Shown here: piece by piece, positions 18,508 to 28,418 of the stretch | Position numbering within the stretch: position 1 is the stretch's first letter | Layout of the letters: each line of letters starts with the position of its first letter | Virus record (IMG/VR): IMGVR_UViG_3300033067_000628 | Location: 9,705-73,704 of that record | Length of the DNA: 64,000 bases | Source of the DNA: a virus | Taxonomy: Duplodnaviria; Caudoviricetes | Reading direction: 5' to 3' (one strand) | Position numbers and translations under genes: made by a program | The notes under the pieces: generated by a model | Told to the model about the DNA's origin: nothing | What the model saw: the letters and a program-made list of their open reading frames with translations, nothing else | The model's database searches: none

Positions 18508-20499
18508 TTATATGTTAACTGCAATATCTTGTATTGCATCTGTTGTAAAGTCAATCAAATCTTTAGCATCAACAACAATAGGATTAAGATTAACTCTACT
18601 CGTAGCAGATGATACAATATTAGATGAAACAGAAACTACGCAGTCTCTCTTATATCCAACACCAGATCTAAATGCATTTTGAGGGAATCCTATGTTCTTG
18701 ATAAGATTTTGATTATAGTAATATCCCATTCTAAAAGCTTCCCATGGATCAAATTCTTGATCATGATTAGCAATTGGAATAGAGGTTACGAATCTAGAAA
18801 GTCTAATATCAAAGGCCAATGGTAAGCTATTACGGCCATACCATTCGGCGTCTATTGTATCCCAATAGTCCTTATCAGCAATCACAAACCCCCACTCGAT
18901 ATTAGTCTTGCTCTTTAACTCCAAAACGAATTCGTAGAACTCACTGTCAAAGAAGGTAGAGTCGTCATTAGAAAATGACCACTTGTATTCTTCATCAGCT
19001 ATTGAGAAGAGTCCTACACGGGACCACCCTAGAGAGGCCTTAAGGTTATTTTGGTTAACAGAAAAAGAGGTTTTATATATCAGCTTAGAAAGCTCTGACC
19101 CAGACATAGTTCCATCGAGTGTAGCCTTGACAACAATGAGGCCTGATGGGTTAGCCAAAGTATTCAGTTGATATACGACATCAATAACAGTGGGATACTC
19201 AGAATAGTATATGTCTTCATAGTATTGATAAGTTATCTTTACTATGCCAACATAACTAGGATCAATGTATATTTCATTACCTGACAGGCTAGGATAGCTA
19301 TCATGCAATTTGTATTTAGTGACAGGCAGTTCTGTATTAGACTCTGTCTTGATTGAGATAATTTCTTTGATTCTTTTAGATACTGTAATTACATTATAGT
19401 ATACATCTAGGTGAGCTATCTCATCATAGATGACAAAAGAAGGAGCACTAACACTAGTTCTAGTATGGGTGCTAACTACATCAAGGGATGTTTCTATTGG
19501 CTGTGTATTGGTGCCAACGGCTCGTTCTACTTGTATAGCATTGTCTTTACGTCCAAGGCCAAGCTCTCTATTGATACCGTTAATAAGGCCAACATAATGT
19601 GTGCCACCCTTATTTGTAAAGGCATCTATAATACGAGACTTAAGGCTTGCATTAGTTTCATTAGGGAGTCTTTGTAAGCTAGCAAGTAAAGCAAACCCAT
19701 CGAATGCATTCCATACGTGGGAGCTGTATTGGTTAGCAAGATTATACTCTAGCGATATAGGATAGGTGGCTATTGCAGAACCACCTTCGTCAGTAGCAAT
19801 TATATTGAATACGATTTTAGGTCTATCGATATTGAATATAACTTTCCAGGTTGTATTAGTCTGTTCGACTATTATATTAACATCATTAGCTGCGCTGGTA
19901 CTTACACTTACTCTAGAGTTCTTAGTACCAGAGATAACCTGTATAGCCTTATTAGTTTCTTTGACAATAGGATCTACAGTGAACTGTAGCTGTTCAATAC
20001 TAGACACCCATGTGAAAGAAGCAGGCAGACCACCAAGGCCGGGATTGCCTTGAGCCCAGGGGACAGCACGCCATAAATAAGACGGGAACTGATCTATTAC
20101 AGCGGACTGTATCTGCCCACTTGTGAGCGTAACATATACAGAGTTATCAGCATTATCAGTAAGGGTACCATTCTCTATAGAGAAGGGACCTAAGTTCTTA
20201 AGGTGAGGGTTATGAATGTTTGGATTCTTACTCTCACCAAACATAGACATAACATCATGCCAACCAAGATCTGGTGTTATCTGCAACAGATAATAGTCTG
20301 GCATTACAAAGTCTAGGACCGCACCAGATTGAACAGTAGTCAAGTCTATTGAGACTTCACCCCATCTAAAGACACGATCATTAATACCACGTTGGCTAAC
20401 GTTCTCAGAATACAAATAGTTATTGACCGGGGGCACCCAGTCAATTGAAGAGTCTCCATACAAGGAGACCCAGTATCCAGGAAGTTGACCACTTACCAT
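18508..20499 (-). CDS. Baseplate wedge protein (gpI/DUF2313-like segment), 663 aa
   Basis: FDGFALLASLQRLPNETNASLKSRIIDAFTNKGGTHYVGLINGINRELGL matches the baseplate gpI-type pattern LD..G...G..R...E.D..LR.RI. Confidence 0.65.
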   Translation of the reverse strand: MVSGQLPGYWVSLYGDSSIDWVPPVNNYLYSENVSQRGINDRVFRWGEVSIDLTTVQSGAVLDFVMPDYYLLQITPDLGWHDVMSMFGESKNPNIHNPHLKNLGPFSIENGTLTDNADNSVYVTLTSGQIQSAVIDQFPSYLWRAVPWAQGNPGLGGLPASFTWVSSIEQLQFTVDPIVKETNKAIQVISGTKNSRVSVSTSAANDVNIIVEQTNTTWKVIFNIDRPKIVFNIIATDEGGSAIATYPISLEYNLANQYSSHVWNAFDGFALLASLQRLPNETNASLKSRIIDAFTNKGGTHYVGLINGINRELGLGRKDNAIQVERAVGTNTQPIETSLDVVSTHTRTSVSAPSFVIYDEIAHLDVYYNVITVSKRIKEIISIKTESNTELPVTKYKLHDSYPSLSGNEIYIDPSYVGIVKITYQYYEDIYYSEYPTVIDVVYQLNTLANPSGLIVVKATLDGTMSGSELSKLIYKTSFSVNQNNLKASLGWSRVGLFSIADEEYKWSFSNDDSTFFDSEFYEFVLELKSKTNIEWGFVIADKDYWDTIDAEWYGRNSLPLAFDIRLSRFVTSIPIANHDQEFDPWEAFRMGYYYNQNLIKNIGFPQNAFRSGVGYKRDCVVSVSSNIVSSATSRVNLNPIVVDAKDLIDFTTDAIQDIAVNI

Positions 20500-20500
20500 C

Positions 20501-23236
20501 TTACTTTTGCTTTCTCATTATTACACGGATATAGCCAGCCTTGCGGTTGCCTTTACCGAGGAATTCATTTGTATCACCATCAACGTCTATACTCAAAAGG
20601 GCAAATCTTGTATCAATATATCTCAACAGTACGAACTTAGATATATCTTTCAAGAAGCCTCTAGTGCCAACTTGCGGTGTAGACGCAAAGGAGTGAGCAC
20701 TAGCTACAGTGTTATACAGAGCTGAATGAGGTGTCCACAAGTTCTGTGCACCTTGTGCTTCTGATCTAAACGTAGAGCCACCATATGCACCAGTGATAGC
20801 TGGGTTAAGGTCAAAGTTATTAGTACCATAGTTGGCAATATATACCTTGATGCTCAAGTCTCCCATGTTCTGTATAGGGCCTAAGTTATGTTCAACATAG
20901 AACTGATGATCATAAACATCAGGCTCGTTGTCGTAAGCATTAGAAGAAGAGCCGCCCTTAGTGCTACCGTAGAATGGTAAACATCTTCCAAGATCAGAAG
21001 GTATGCTAGTTCTGATATAGTCTACCAATGGAACCCAGCATGAATCGTACATGCCGTTCTCTCTATAAGACACTGACTCTACTTCGGCCCAGTTAACACC
21101 ATCAGAAGTAGATGCTACGATCTCACCTACAGCTATATGCTGACCAGGTACGATATTAGGTGTAGCAGTCTGGACTCCTGCAGAGGCAATGCCAAACGGC
21201 GTTGGTGAAGCCTTGAGGAAGAAAGACTTCTCTCTTGTAGCGTATGTAGGATCGCCTACCATGTAGATATAGGCAACACCAGTTGTAGCAGCTGCTGGTG
21301 GTGTAGCACCAGTATAGCCAATATTCTTTTGAAGTGCCTCAGTGATTACGCATGCTATAGTAGCTTGAGGAAGGGTTCTCTTGATTAGAGAGTTGTTATT
21401 TGATACGTTGTTACCACCAAGCCAAGCTCTTTCTGTAGAGATAGCGAGAGAAGTATTAGGATAGTCTGAAGAACTGAAGTTACCAACGTGAGCAAATGGA
21501 GCACTAGATACTGTGAAGTTACCAGTAAGGTGCTGCATAGGAACGTTACCAGGCTGGTATAGTCTATAGGTCTTACCAGCAACGCTGCTCTGTAGAGCTG
21601 CATCGTCAGCAGCTACATAGACATTCAACCCAGTTAAGTTACCACCAGAGCCAAAGTATGGCTTATGGTAATAGATAGGATATGAATAAGCATCAGCAGC
21701 AGAAGCAGACTTGATCTCTATAAAGGTATCGCCGGGGTTAAACAAGCCAGTAGCATAGTGGCCATATGGCAATAGACCACTACCAAGTACAGAGCCATTG
21801 GTTGTGCTGTTTGTGCCTACACCGCTTATGTTTGTATTGAGTAGGAGAATGTTCTTGTCGTTACCAACCTTGGCGGCTTCGTATGCAATAGTACCTGTAT
21901 AGGTCCAACCACCAAGCATTGGATACATCTTATATCCATATAGCGGGTGAGACTTAGCACCAGAGACATATGGACTTCTATGTTGTGTAGAAACACCATA
22001 GCGTACAGACTGGATTATACATCCATCAACAGGGAACGTTTCTACAACTGCCTTAGCATAAGACGGGTCTAGACCATCTATCTTAGCAGGAGTAAAGTCT
22101 GGCTTATCATTTAAAGTAATGTCATTGTTAGTATAGAAGTAGCCAGGATAAGAAACACTAGTAGGACCATTAGCAGCTACAGTACCATTGAAGGTTGCAG
22201 CATTGCTAACAGTTAAAGTAGTAGCCAATAGCGCGCCTTCTACGTCTACTGCTTCACCGCTAGTAACTATAAAGGTTACGCTACCATTACCAGACAAGCC
22301 ACTACCGAACCATATACCACCATGGACAGCAAGCATTGCACCAGAATAGAAAGCAGCTGCACCAGTTGGAACTGCAGATTGGTACTGACCTAAGGCACCA
22401 CCAACCATGCCTATTACTGTTCTGGATGCAACAGTAAGGTTACCAGACATATTGACTGCATCACCAGTACCATTGCCTATTACATATAGGCCACCAACAG
22501 TACCGTTAGTTGTGGCAAGTGTAAACTGATCGGCATCGATCCATACGTTGTTACGTGTTACTGCACTTGGATTACCAATGTAGAGTGTAATACCAGTAGT
22601 ACCATACCCAGGTATGCCGGCTACATCGCTACTACCTAAGTAGTAATTGGAGCTAAGGTGTGCAGGCAAAACTATGTTTGGCAATATAGCTTGTATAGCA
22701 CTAAGCTCTGCTGCTGATTGAGGATCGAAGTTAACAAAGATAGGGAAGCTAACCAGACCCGAGCCTAATCCACTGACTGGAGTCTTAACTCCAAGCGTGC
22801 TCTGTATTGCCATTACAGTATTTTGTAAGGCATTAATGTGGCTATCTTGTACCTTATCGGCTACAGCATTATAAGATATAGTGAATGGTGAAGAGCTAGG
22901 AAGCGTTGTAAACTGAACAGTACCAGCAAAGACATCAGTCTGAGCAGGATCTATTACACCACCATTAGAAATAGAAAATGAACTTATACCACCAGTGGTA
23001 TCAACACTAGGTCTATGATCAAGATAAAGAGTTGATCCAACAAACTGACCCAGTGTATGCTGTTCTATTACAGAGTATCCACCAAGTGAAGAGTTCTCCT
23101 TATTAACGAAGACATCAAACTTAGTAGGGAATTGAGCATCTTCAGAAGATGTTGAGGCACTATTACTAGATACCCTATGCTTGATATCCTCTGGATATCC
23201 TGAAAATGCATTAAGAGAATATTGTTCGTAGCTCAT
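20501..23236 (-). CDS. Tail fibre-like protein, 911 aa
   Basis: Fibre-attachment-type motif DSHINALQNTVMAIQSTLG, a Gly/Ala/Thr-rich shaft, and a C-terminal YDSCWVPL...VEHNLG segment. Confidence 0.6.
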   Translation of the reverse strand: MSYEQYSLNAFSGYPEDIKHRVSSNSASTSSEDAQFPTKFDVFVNKENSSLGGYSVIEQHTLGQFVGSTLYLDHRPSVDTTGGISSFSISNGGVIDPAQTDVFAGTVQFTTLPSSSPFTISYNAVADKVQDSHINALQNTVMAIQSTLGVKTPVSGLGSGLVSFPIFVNFDPQSAAELSAIQAILPNIVLPAHLSSNYYLGSSDVAGIPGYGTTGITLYIGNPSAVTRNNVWIDADQFTLATTNGTVGGLYVIGNGTGDAVNMSGNLTVASRTVIGMVGGALGQYQSAVPTGAAAFYSGAMLAVHGGIWFGSGLSGNGSVTFIVTSGEAVDVEGALLATTLTVSNAATFNGTVAANGPTSVSYPGYFYTNNDITLNDKPDFTPAKIDGLDPSYAKAVVETFPVDGCIIQSVRYGVSTQHRSPYVSGAKSHPLYGYKMYPMLGGWTYTGTIAYEAAKVGNDKNILLLNTNISGVGTNSTTNGSVLGSGLLPYGHYATGLFNPGDTFIEIKSASAADAYSYPIYYHKPYFGSGGNLTGLNVYVAADDAALQSSVAGKTYRLYQPGNVPMQHLTGNFTVSSAPFAHVGNFSSSDYPNTSLAISTERAWLGGNNVSNNNSLIKRTLPQATIACVITEALQKNIGYTGATPPAAATTGVAYIYMVGDPTYATREKSFFLKASPTPFGIASAGVQTATPNIVPGQHIAVGEIVASTSDGVNWAEVESVSYRENGMYDSCWVPLVDYIRTSIPSDLGRCLPFYGSTKGGSSSNAYDNEPDVYDHQFYVEHNLGPIQNMGDLSIKVYIANYGTNNFDLNPAITGAYGGSTFRSEAQGAQNLWTPHSALYNTVASAHSFASTPQVGTRGFLKDISKFVLLRYIDTRFALLSIDVDGDTNEFLGKGNRKAGYIRVIMRKQK

Positions 23237-23238
23237 GG

Positions 23239-24933
23239 TTATATTAGTTGAAGGTGCCCGTTCTTCTTAGTATAGTTTTCTCTGCAGTATACTTTACGAT
23301 TGACGAAGTCAGCATAGTAGTAGTCAAAGAAAAGCTCAAAGTATAATCTTCTATTAAGTGTAGTGTCGAGATATATTGTCCTCGGTACGTTCTTGCATAT
23401 ACCTATGCGGACTATGTCTTCATCTTCTGCGTCAATACCAAAGTTCTGACCAAGATCTATATCAAGCTCAAGGTCGCTTAAGCAGGGAAGATACACAGAA
23501 GAATAGTTAACCCTAATAGGTCTGACTAGCTTAAGATAGTATTTACTCTTGCTTGCATAAGTTTCTTTAGTAACAACATAAAGAAGGTTGTCTATTACAG
23601 ACACAGCCTTAACTGAGATTTGATTTCTATTGATTAGGTACAAGTCTAACTTAAGATCACCAGAGTCATCAAGTATAAGATCGGCAGGATATCTCATACC
23701 AAAGACATCTGGAGACGTAAGAGACGATTCTGATATAGCTCCATTAGAAGCTTTCCAGCTTGTAGGGAAGACTGTATTATAGAAGTCTATCTGTCTACTG
23801 TAGGAGTTATTGATTGTGTTTCTGGCAGGAGCTAATACTGTTGATGGCGCTATACGTGTTGGTATACCAAGGTTCTTAAACTCTTGCTCAGTACCTAATG
23901 GGAATAGCTCAAGCCGCTTAACTGGCTCAGAGTCTAGTGTATCAAAGAGAACTTGTAGCCCAGTAACAGTCTTGCTAGGCATATTAGAGTAGGGAAGAAC
24001 ATCAGACTGGCTTGGAGACCACTCACCTAATACTTGAGATACCTCAAGTAGCGGGCAGTCAACTACATAAGAGACAGCCTGGCGATTAACTATCATAGCA
24101 GTAATCTCAGCTATCTCATTGGTAGCACTTACGCTCAATGAAGCTCTTGCCCATTTGCCAAGAGTATTCATAGGGAGCCCAACACCAAAGCTTGCTACAG
24201 AATTATCTGCATATCTTATAGATAAGATAATCCCAGAAATATTTACATCATAGCTTTCAGATGTAGATAAGCCCGTGTCTGTAGTAGTCTTAACAAAGAT
24301 AGAATAGGTTAATGGTGATGCTGGTATTGCCACAGAGCGTGTTTGCTTAAGGTCTACAGGCCCTGTTAGGACTACGCCATGGTTGCCAAATATAGAGTTC
24401 TCTGGATCAAAGGTCAGAGCATCAATTGAGTTTCTATTAACAGTCCATCCTAATGGCTTCTGATATCTCTTAGGAGCAAGCATTGAGAAGGACGAGTTAA
24501 ACAGTATGTTATCAAGGTGAGGAGAGTATACCTTATTGCTATTAGTAGACAGCTCAGATACTGCTAACTGAATATCATAATACTGATCAGCAGTTGAAAG
24601 GAACTGATCCTTACGTACTGTATTGTATAGCTCTATTAAAGATTCTAGTTGTGCTCCCCATGCATTAACTAACTGACTACCGACAGAAGTATAGTCCTTC
24701 CGCATGTTCATCCACATAGGGAAGTTGTTTAGTATCTTCTGAGTACTTGCCGCCTTAGTAAAAACAATAGGAGAAGTGTAGTCAGAATCATTAAATGAAT
24801 CGACATAGGAGTAACCAAAATCTAAGTACTCAATAACTGGATCAATCGTATTGTAGGAATAGAGTATCTCTATCCCTTCAGCTATTGTAGATGAAAAGCT
24901 ATACGATTGAAATAATGAAGACAGATCACTCAT
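23239..24933 (-). CDS. Baseplate-associated structural protein with a CBM-like domain, 564 aa
   Basis: NILFNSSF...PLGWTV...LTYSIFVK...KWARASLSV...VDCPLLEV resembles CBM4/9-like phage tail domains. Located next to baseplate J. Confidence 0.55.
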   Translation of the reverse strand: MSDLSSLFQSYSFSSTIAEGIEILYSYNTIDPVIEYLDFGYSYVDSFNDSDYTSPIVFTKAASTQKILNNFPMWMNMRKDYTSVGSQLVNAWGAQLESLIELYNTVRKDQFLSTADQYYDIQLAVSELSTNSNKVYSPHLDNILFNSSFSMLAPKRYQKPLGWTVNRNSIDALTFDPENSIFGNHGVVLTGPVDLKQTRSVAIPASPLTYSIFVKTTTDTGLSTSESYDVNISGIILSIRYADNSVASFGVGLPMNTLGKWARASLSVSATNEIAEITAMIVNRQAVSYVVDCPLLEVSQVLGEWSPSQSDVLPYSNMPSKTVTGLQVLFDTLDSEPVKRLELFPLGTEQEFKNLGIPTRIAPSTVLAPARNTINNSYSRQIDFYNTVFPTSWKASNGAISESSLTSPDVFGMRYPADLILDDSGDLKLDLYLINRNQISVKAVSVIDNLLYVVTKETYASKSKYYLKLVRPIRVNYSSVYLPCLSDLELDIDLGQNFGIDAEDEDIVRIGICKNVPRTIYLDTTLNRRLYFELFFDYYYADFVNRKVYCRENYTKKNGHLQLI

Positions 24934-24934
24934 G

Positions 24935-25396
24935 TTAAACTATCGTACCCAATACTCTAAGCTGGAATGCTACGAAGTCATCGTCACCAGCACCGGCGGG
25001 AATAGTTTGTTTAATCCAAACAGGTATTATACTACCCGATGTTGTTACACCGTCAAGCGTTACATTGCCAGTGTAGTTACCACTAAAGGTAACACCTGCA
25101 GGTGCCACTGTAGATGATGCAGTAGAACTACCAGAGGTACCAGTACCAAATGATATATAGCCTGAGTGCTCTACGTTAACCATTTGGAGTGTGACTCCAG
25201 TAAAGGTTACATCATATATCTGTTTGATAAAGAACTTTCTATACTGAGTAGTATCTATACTATCAGATACAGTGGCATTGCAGAATAAGGTATTAAGTCT
25301 GGGCAATAGTATATCATTACTAATACCACCACCTACCGTGGTAGCTAACCCAGTAGGTGTGAATAAAGCCTTATAGAACTTAAAGTATTGGGCCAT
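24935..25396 (-). CDS. Small tail/baseplate structural protein, 153 aa
   Basis: LFCNATVSD...QYRKFFIK...PVWIKQTIPAGA resembles a recurring small phage tail protein family (recalled, unverified). Confidence 0.5.
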   Translation of the reverse strand: MAQYFKFYKALFTPTGLATTVGGGISNDILLPRLNTLFCNATVSDSIDTTQYRKFFIKQIYDVTFTGVTLQMVNVEHSGYISFGTGTSGSSTASSTVAPAGVTFSGNYTGNVTLDGVTTSGSIIPVWIKQTIPAGAGDDDFVAFQLRVLGTIV

Positions 25397-25599
25397 TATC
25401 TTCCGCGTCTTGTGGGAGAGTATTGCTGCATACGCTTATGGTTCATGCCCATTTGGTGTACTGGCATTCTCTTGCCCATCATATGAACTGAAGAGCTAGT
25501 GCCCTTCATTGCTTTAAGTGAGTTCAGATATGAATTAGCATTGTTGCTTCTAACGTTCATCATCTGTTTAGGTGACTGATTACGATTCATTCTTTTCAT
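25396..25599 (-). CDS. Met-rich, strongly basic mini-protein, 67 aa
   Basis: Fills the gap exactly (TAA-T-ATG upstream, TAATG downstream). Contains 11 Met, 14 Lys/Arg and no Asp/Glu. Confidence 0.7.
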   Translation of the reverse strand: MKRMNRNQSPKQMMNVRSNNANSYLNSLKAMKGTSSSVHMMGKRMPVHQMGMNHKRMQQYSPTRRGR

Positions 25600-25600
25600 A

Positions 25601-26728
25601 TTACACCACCTGTATTGCTTCTATATCCTTATTATTGTCTGGAGTAAAAAGTTCAGTCGACTTGAGTTTGTAGTTCCTAATGACATGGGGTCTATCATTT
25701 AAACATAGCTCAAGTATCTTGATGTCCTTGATTTCTGGTGGCAAAGCATTTATAATCTCTGCTCTAAGCTTATTGATTATAAGCTCATCACCAAGACGTA
25801 AGCCATCAAAATACGACGTAACAGCGTTCTTAGTTCTGATTATAGCTGAGTCTTTAGTACCAGCACCTGTACCCGATTGTGGGATAAGCTGAATAGTTAT
25901 TCTAAACCGTACATAGTCTGGCTCTCTAACCTTAGAGGATATACCAAAGGCCGAGACGTTTTCAATAGAACGCTTAACTAACTCAGCAGTCCTAAAGCTA
26001 ACAGTATTACCAACAGGAACTAATAGCGCATCAAAGGTACCGGCTCCTCTGGCAAACTCTTTAAGTACAACGTTAGAGATATCATTAGAACTAACGATTG
26101 CTAACTTAACAGCTATCTCATTACCAGTAGGACGAGAGGCTACGGAGTTTGTTAGCCTATAGCGATACAAGGCATCGGTCTCAACACCGGAGCCATTAGA
26201 GATAGGCTTAAGGTTAGTTACAGATACACCAGCAGGGCCGCTGTGTGAAGTAAGCCTACTTCGTCCTACGGAGTATTCAGATCCAGTACGGTCAGCCAAT
26301 ACAGGAACGAAGACTTCTTTAAGGCCTCGTGGGAAGTATACATTCTGAGAAACCTTATAAACAATACTACCGTCATCGGTAGTAACTGATAAGCCTTCTG
26401 GAATCTTGCCCTGGTTAAGATTACCAGGATCTGGGAAGTAGTCAGACAAAGATCCAGTAGCAACTGAGAACTGAACGTTCTGATCTTCAGCAGAAGAAGA
26501 CGCAGCACCAGCGTTCAATCTTCTGACACCAAGCATTTCACCTATTAGATCTAGATATATCGAGCTAGCGCTGTTAAGGAAAGTGTTAGCATAGCTTGAA
26601 GAGATATAGTCCTGAACTCTAGAGATCTCAAGGTTGGTAGCTTCTACTAAACCCCTAGCTATACCACCTTCGGATAGGTATGTAATATCCGTATTCTCTG
26701 CAAGATATTGCAGAGAGTCACTATTCAT
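25601..26728 (-). CDS. Baseplate J-like wedge protein, 375 aa
   Basis: YLDLIGEMLGVRR, VTNLKPISNGSGVETDALYRYRL and GAGTFDALLVP are Baseplate_J hallmarks. Follows the gp25-like gene. Confidence 0.85.
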   Translation of the reverse strand: MNSDSLQYLAENTDITYLSEGGIARGLVEATNLEISRVQDYISSSYANTFLNSASSIYLDLIGEMLGVRRLNAGAASSSAEDQNVQFSVATGSLSDYFPDPGNLNQGKIPEGLSVTTDDGSIVYKVSQNVYFPRGLKEVFVPVLADRTGSEYSVGRSRLTSHSGPAGVSVTNLKPISNGSGVETDALYRYRLTNSVASRPTGNEIAVKLAIVSSNDISNVVLKEFARGAGTFDALLVPVGNTVSFRTAELVKRSIENVSAFGISSKVREPDYVRFRITIQLIPQSGTGAGTKDSAIIRTKNAVTSYFDGLRLGDELIINKLRAEIINALPPEIKDIKILELCLNDRPHVIRNYKLKSTELFTPDNNKDIEAIQVV

Positions 26729-26742
26729 CTGAGGTAAGGACT

Positions 26743-26841
26743 TTAAATCTCTAATGTTGCACCTCTTAAGATCTTACTAAGATCTGATAAAGGTAAAATT
26801 TGCTTACAGTGAGTACAGGATTTTAAAGCTAAGTCACGCAT
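26743..26841 (-). pseudogene. 32-codon minigene; probable truncated remnant of an HNH/EndoVII-type endonuclease N-terminal zinc knuckle
   Basis: Hand translation gives MRDLALKSCTHCKQILPLSDLSKILRGATLEI*. The ATG lies 3 nt after the gp25-like stop. KxCxxCKxxLPLSx matches the N-terminal motif of many phage homing endonucleases. Confidence 0.5.
26767..26785. repeat. Perfect 17-bp palindrome AGATCTTA-C-TAAGATCT overlapping an 8-bp direct repeat (TAAGATCT x2)
   Basis: Read directly. Palindrome at 26769-26785; direct repeats at 26767-26774 and 26778-26785. Confidence 0.8.
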
Positions 26842-26844
26842 CTA

Positions 26845-27291
26845 TTAGCCTCCTAATAGTCTAGGCTCACCCTCAGCATAAGGAAATACGTAGGTTAAAA
26901 CCTCGGGTCTGGGGTCTGGATCTAGCAAATTTCCGCTTGTAGAAAGGAAGTCTCCGCCTACGACAGCAAAGACACCTGCGTCATTTGGACTCATTGGAAT
27001 GACATGGACATTGATGTCTGATCTATGCATTACGAATCTCGTAACATTATCCAGGACAGTATGTTCCATCGCTATCTGTGTAGCTTCATCGTTTTGCTTT
27101 CCAATGAAAGCTCCAAGATCACAGCCTACTCTTTTGTCAGGAGCATATTCGCCCTTATCGGTCCTGATCAAAAAATTGATAGCTGCCTTATGTGACTCAT
27201 AGCTATTGCCTATCTTGATATCTCCCTTGGCATCTACTTGGATATCACCTGAGAAATTAGTATAGATATCTTGTGCAATGTATATACTCAT
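26845..27291 (-). CDS. gp25/GPW-like baseplate wedge (sheath initiator), 148 aa
   Basis: GDIQVDAKGDIK...INFLIRTDKGEYAPDKRVGCDLGAFIG matches the gp25 family pattern. Size and position before J also fit. Confidence 0.85.
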   Translation of the reverse strand: MSIYIAQDIYTNFSGDIQVDAKGDIKIGNSYESHKAAINFLIRTDKGEYAPDKRVGCDLGAFIGKQNDEATQIAMEHTVLDNVTRFVMHRSDINVHVIPMSPNDAGVFAVVGGDFLSTSGNLLDPDPRPEVLTYVFPYAEGEPRLLGG

Positions 27292-27293
27292 AG

Positions 27294-28418
27294 TTACTCC
27301 TTGAATAGGAAGTCGCTAGTTTTTTGACGATCGACTATATTGGTTGTGTTCTTATAGATGTAAGTGTACTTAGAGCTGTCGTGCTTAAACAAGAAGCCCG
27401 CTATTCCTATTAGAGCACCAATGTAATTGATATCTACAAGGATCCTAGGACCAGCTAGGACTGAGCTATTCCAGTCCGGGTGTGGATGGAAGGAAGAAGA
27501 TGGATAAGCTGGATTGGCATTTCTAGCATAGCCATCTAAAGTAGATTTCCTAATCGTACCATCTTGTATGGTACTAGCTGTATTGGTAAATCTATCGTTT
27601 CCTATTTGGGCAGCAGGTGTCTGTCTTGTATCCCCTTGTGGAATGAATGACATAACACCATCCTGATTTACTAGATTACTTTCAAGTGGTAGTATATCAG
27701 CCGTAGCTCTTGAGTCTGTACCATATCTGTCCCTAGAGGTTGGGTCATAAGGAGCAAAGAGATTGTCTAGAGCTGCTTTGGATTCAGCCAAGACGGGGCG
27801 CTTAGGATTGCCTATATCTTTACTACGCTGCTGTATGGAAGAAGTCTTAACAAGCTCAGGGTGAGAAGCTGGAAGCTTGTGAGGAGCATTAGGCAAAGGT
27901 ACAGATCTAACACGTACAGATCCTGCTAGTGCAGAGTATTCTTGGGTTAAGATGTGAGTAGAAGGATCGTTAAGATGCTTTTCTTTGAACAGAGATATAC
28001 CAGATCTGCCAACAAAGAATTCATATGGCTCAGCTAGGGCTACGTTAGCAGCCAAGGTATCAGCTATAACAGATATCCTCTTAGATATATTCTCAAAGCT
28101 ATTATTCTGAATGCCATTTATATTAGACCAGACATTGCCATACTCTAATAGGAAGGCATGCATCTTGGCTATACCTTCTTCTCTTGATAAGAGTATTCTA
28201 AAGGTACCAGCATTATGAAGTGTGCAGATCCCAGTAGCCGGATCCCAGTCTACTGTATCACCAATGTTTTTACTAAGCTGTCCTAAGATCTTATCCCTAA
28301 GACCTGGATGGAAGATATTGTCGAGTATGTCCTTAGGCAATGGTGACCATACGACAACTCCTAGGTTGTCATACCTACGAGCGGGATTACCTTGGTTTTG
28401 TTGTGATACGGGTTTCAT
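27294..28418 (-). CDS. Hypothetical protein at the position of a baseplate spike, 374 aa
   Basis: Lies between the hub and the gp25-like gene. No recognisable OB-fold or PAAR motif. Hydrophobic INYIGALIGIAGFLF near the C-terminus. Confidence 0.45.
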   Translation of the reverse strand: MKPVSQQNQGNPARRYDNLGVVVWSPLPKDILDNIFHPGLRDKILGQLSKNIGDTVDWDPATGICTLHNAGTFRILLSREEGIAKMHAFLLEYGNVWSNINGIQNNSFENISKRISVIADTLAANVALAEPYEFFVGRSGISLFKEKHLNDPSTHILTQEYSALAGSVRVRSVPLPNAPHKLPASHPELVKTSSIQQRSKDIGNPKRPVLAESKAALDNLFAPYDPTSRDRYGTDSRATADILPLESNLVNQDGVMSFIPQGDTRQTPAAQIGNDRFTNTASTIQDGTIRKSTLDGYARNANPAYPSSSFHPHPDWNSSVLAGPRILVDINYIGALIGIAGFLFKHDSSKYTYIYKNTTNIVDRQKTSDFLFKE

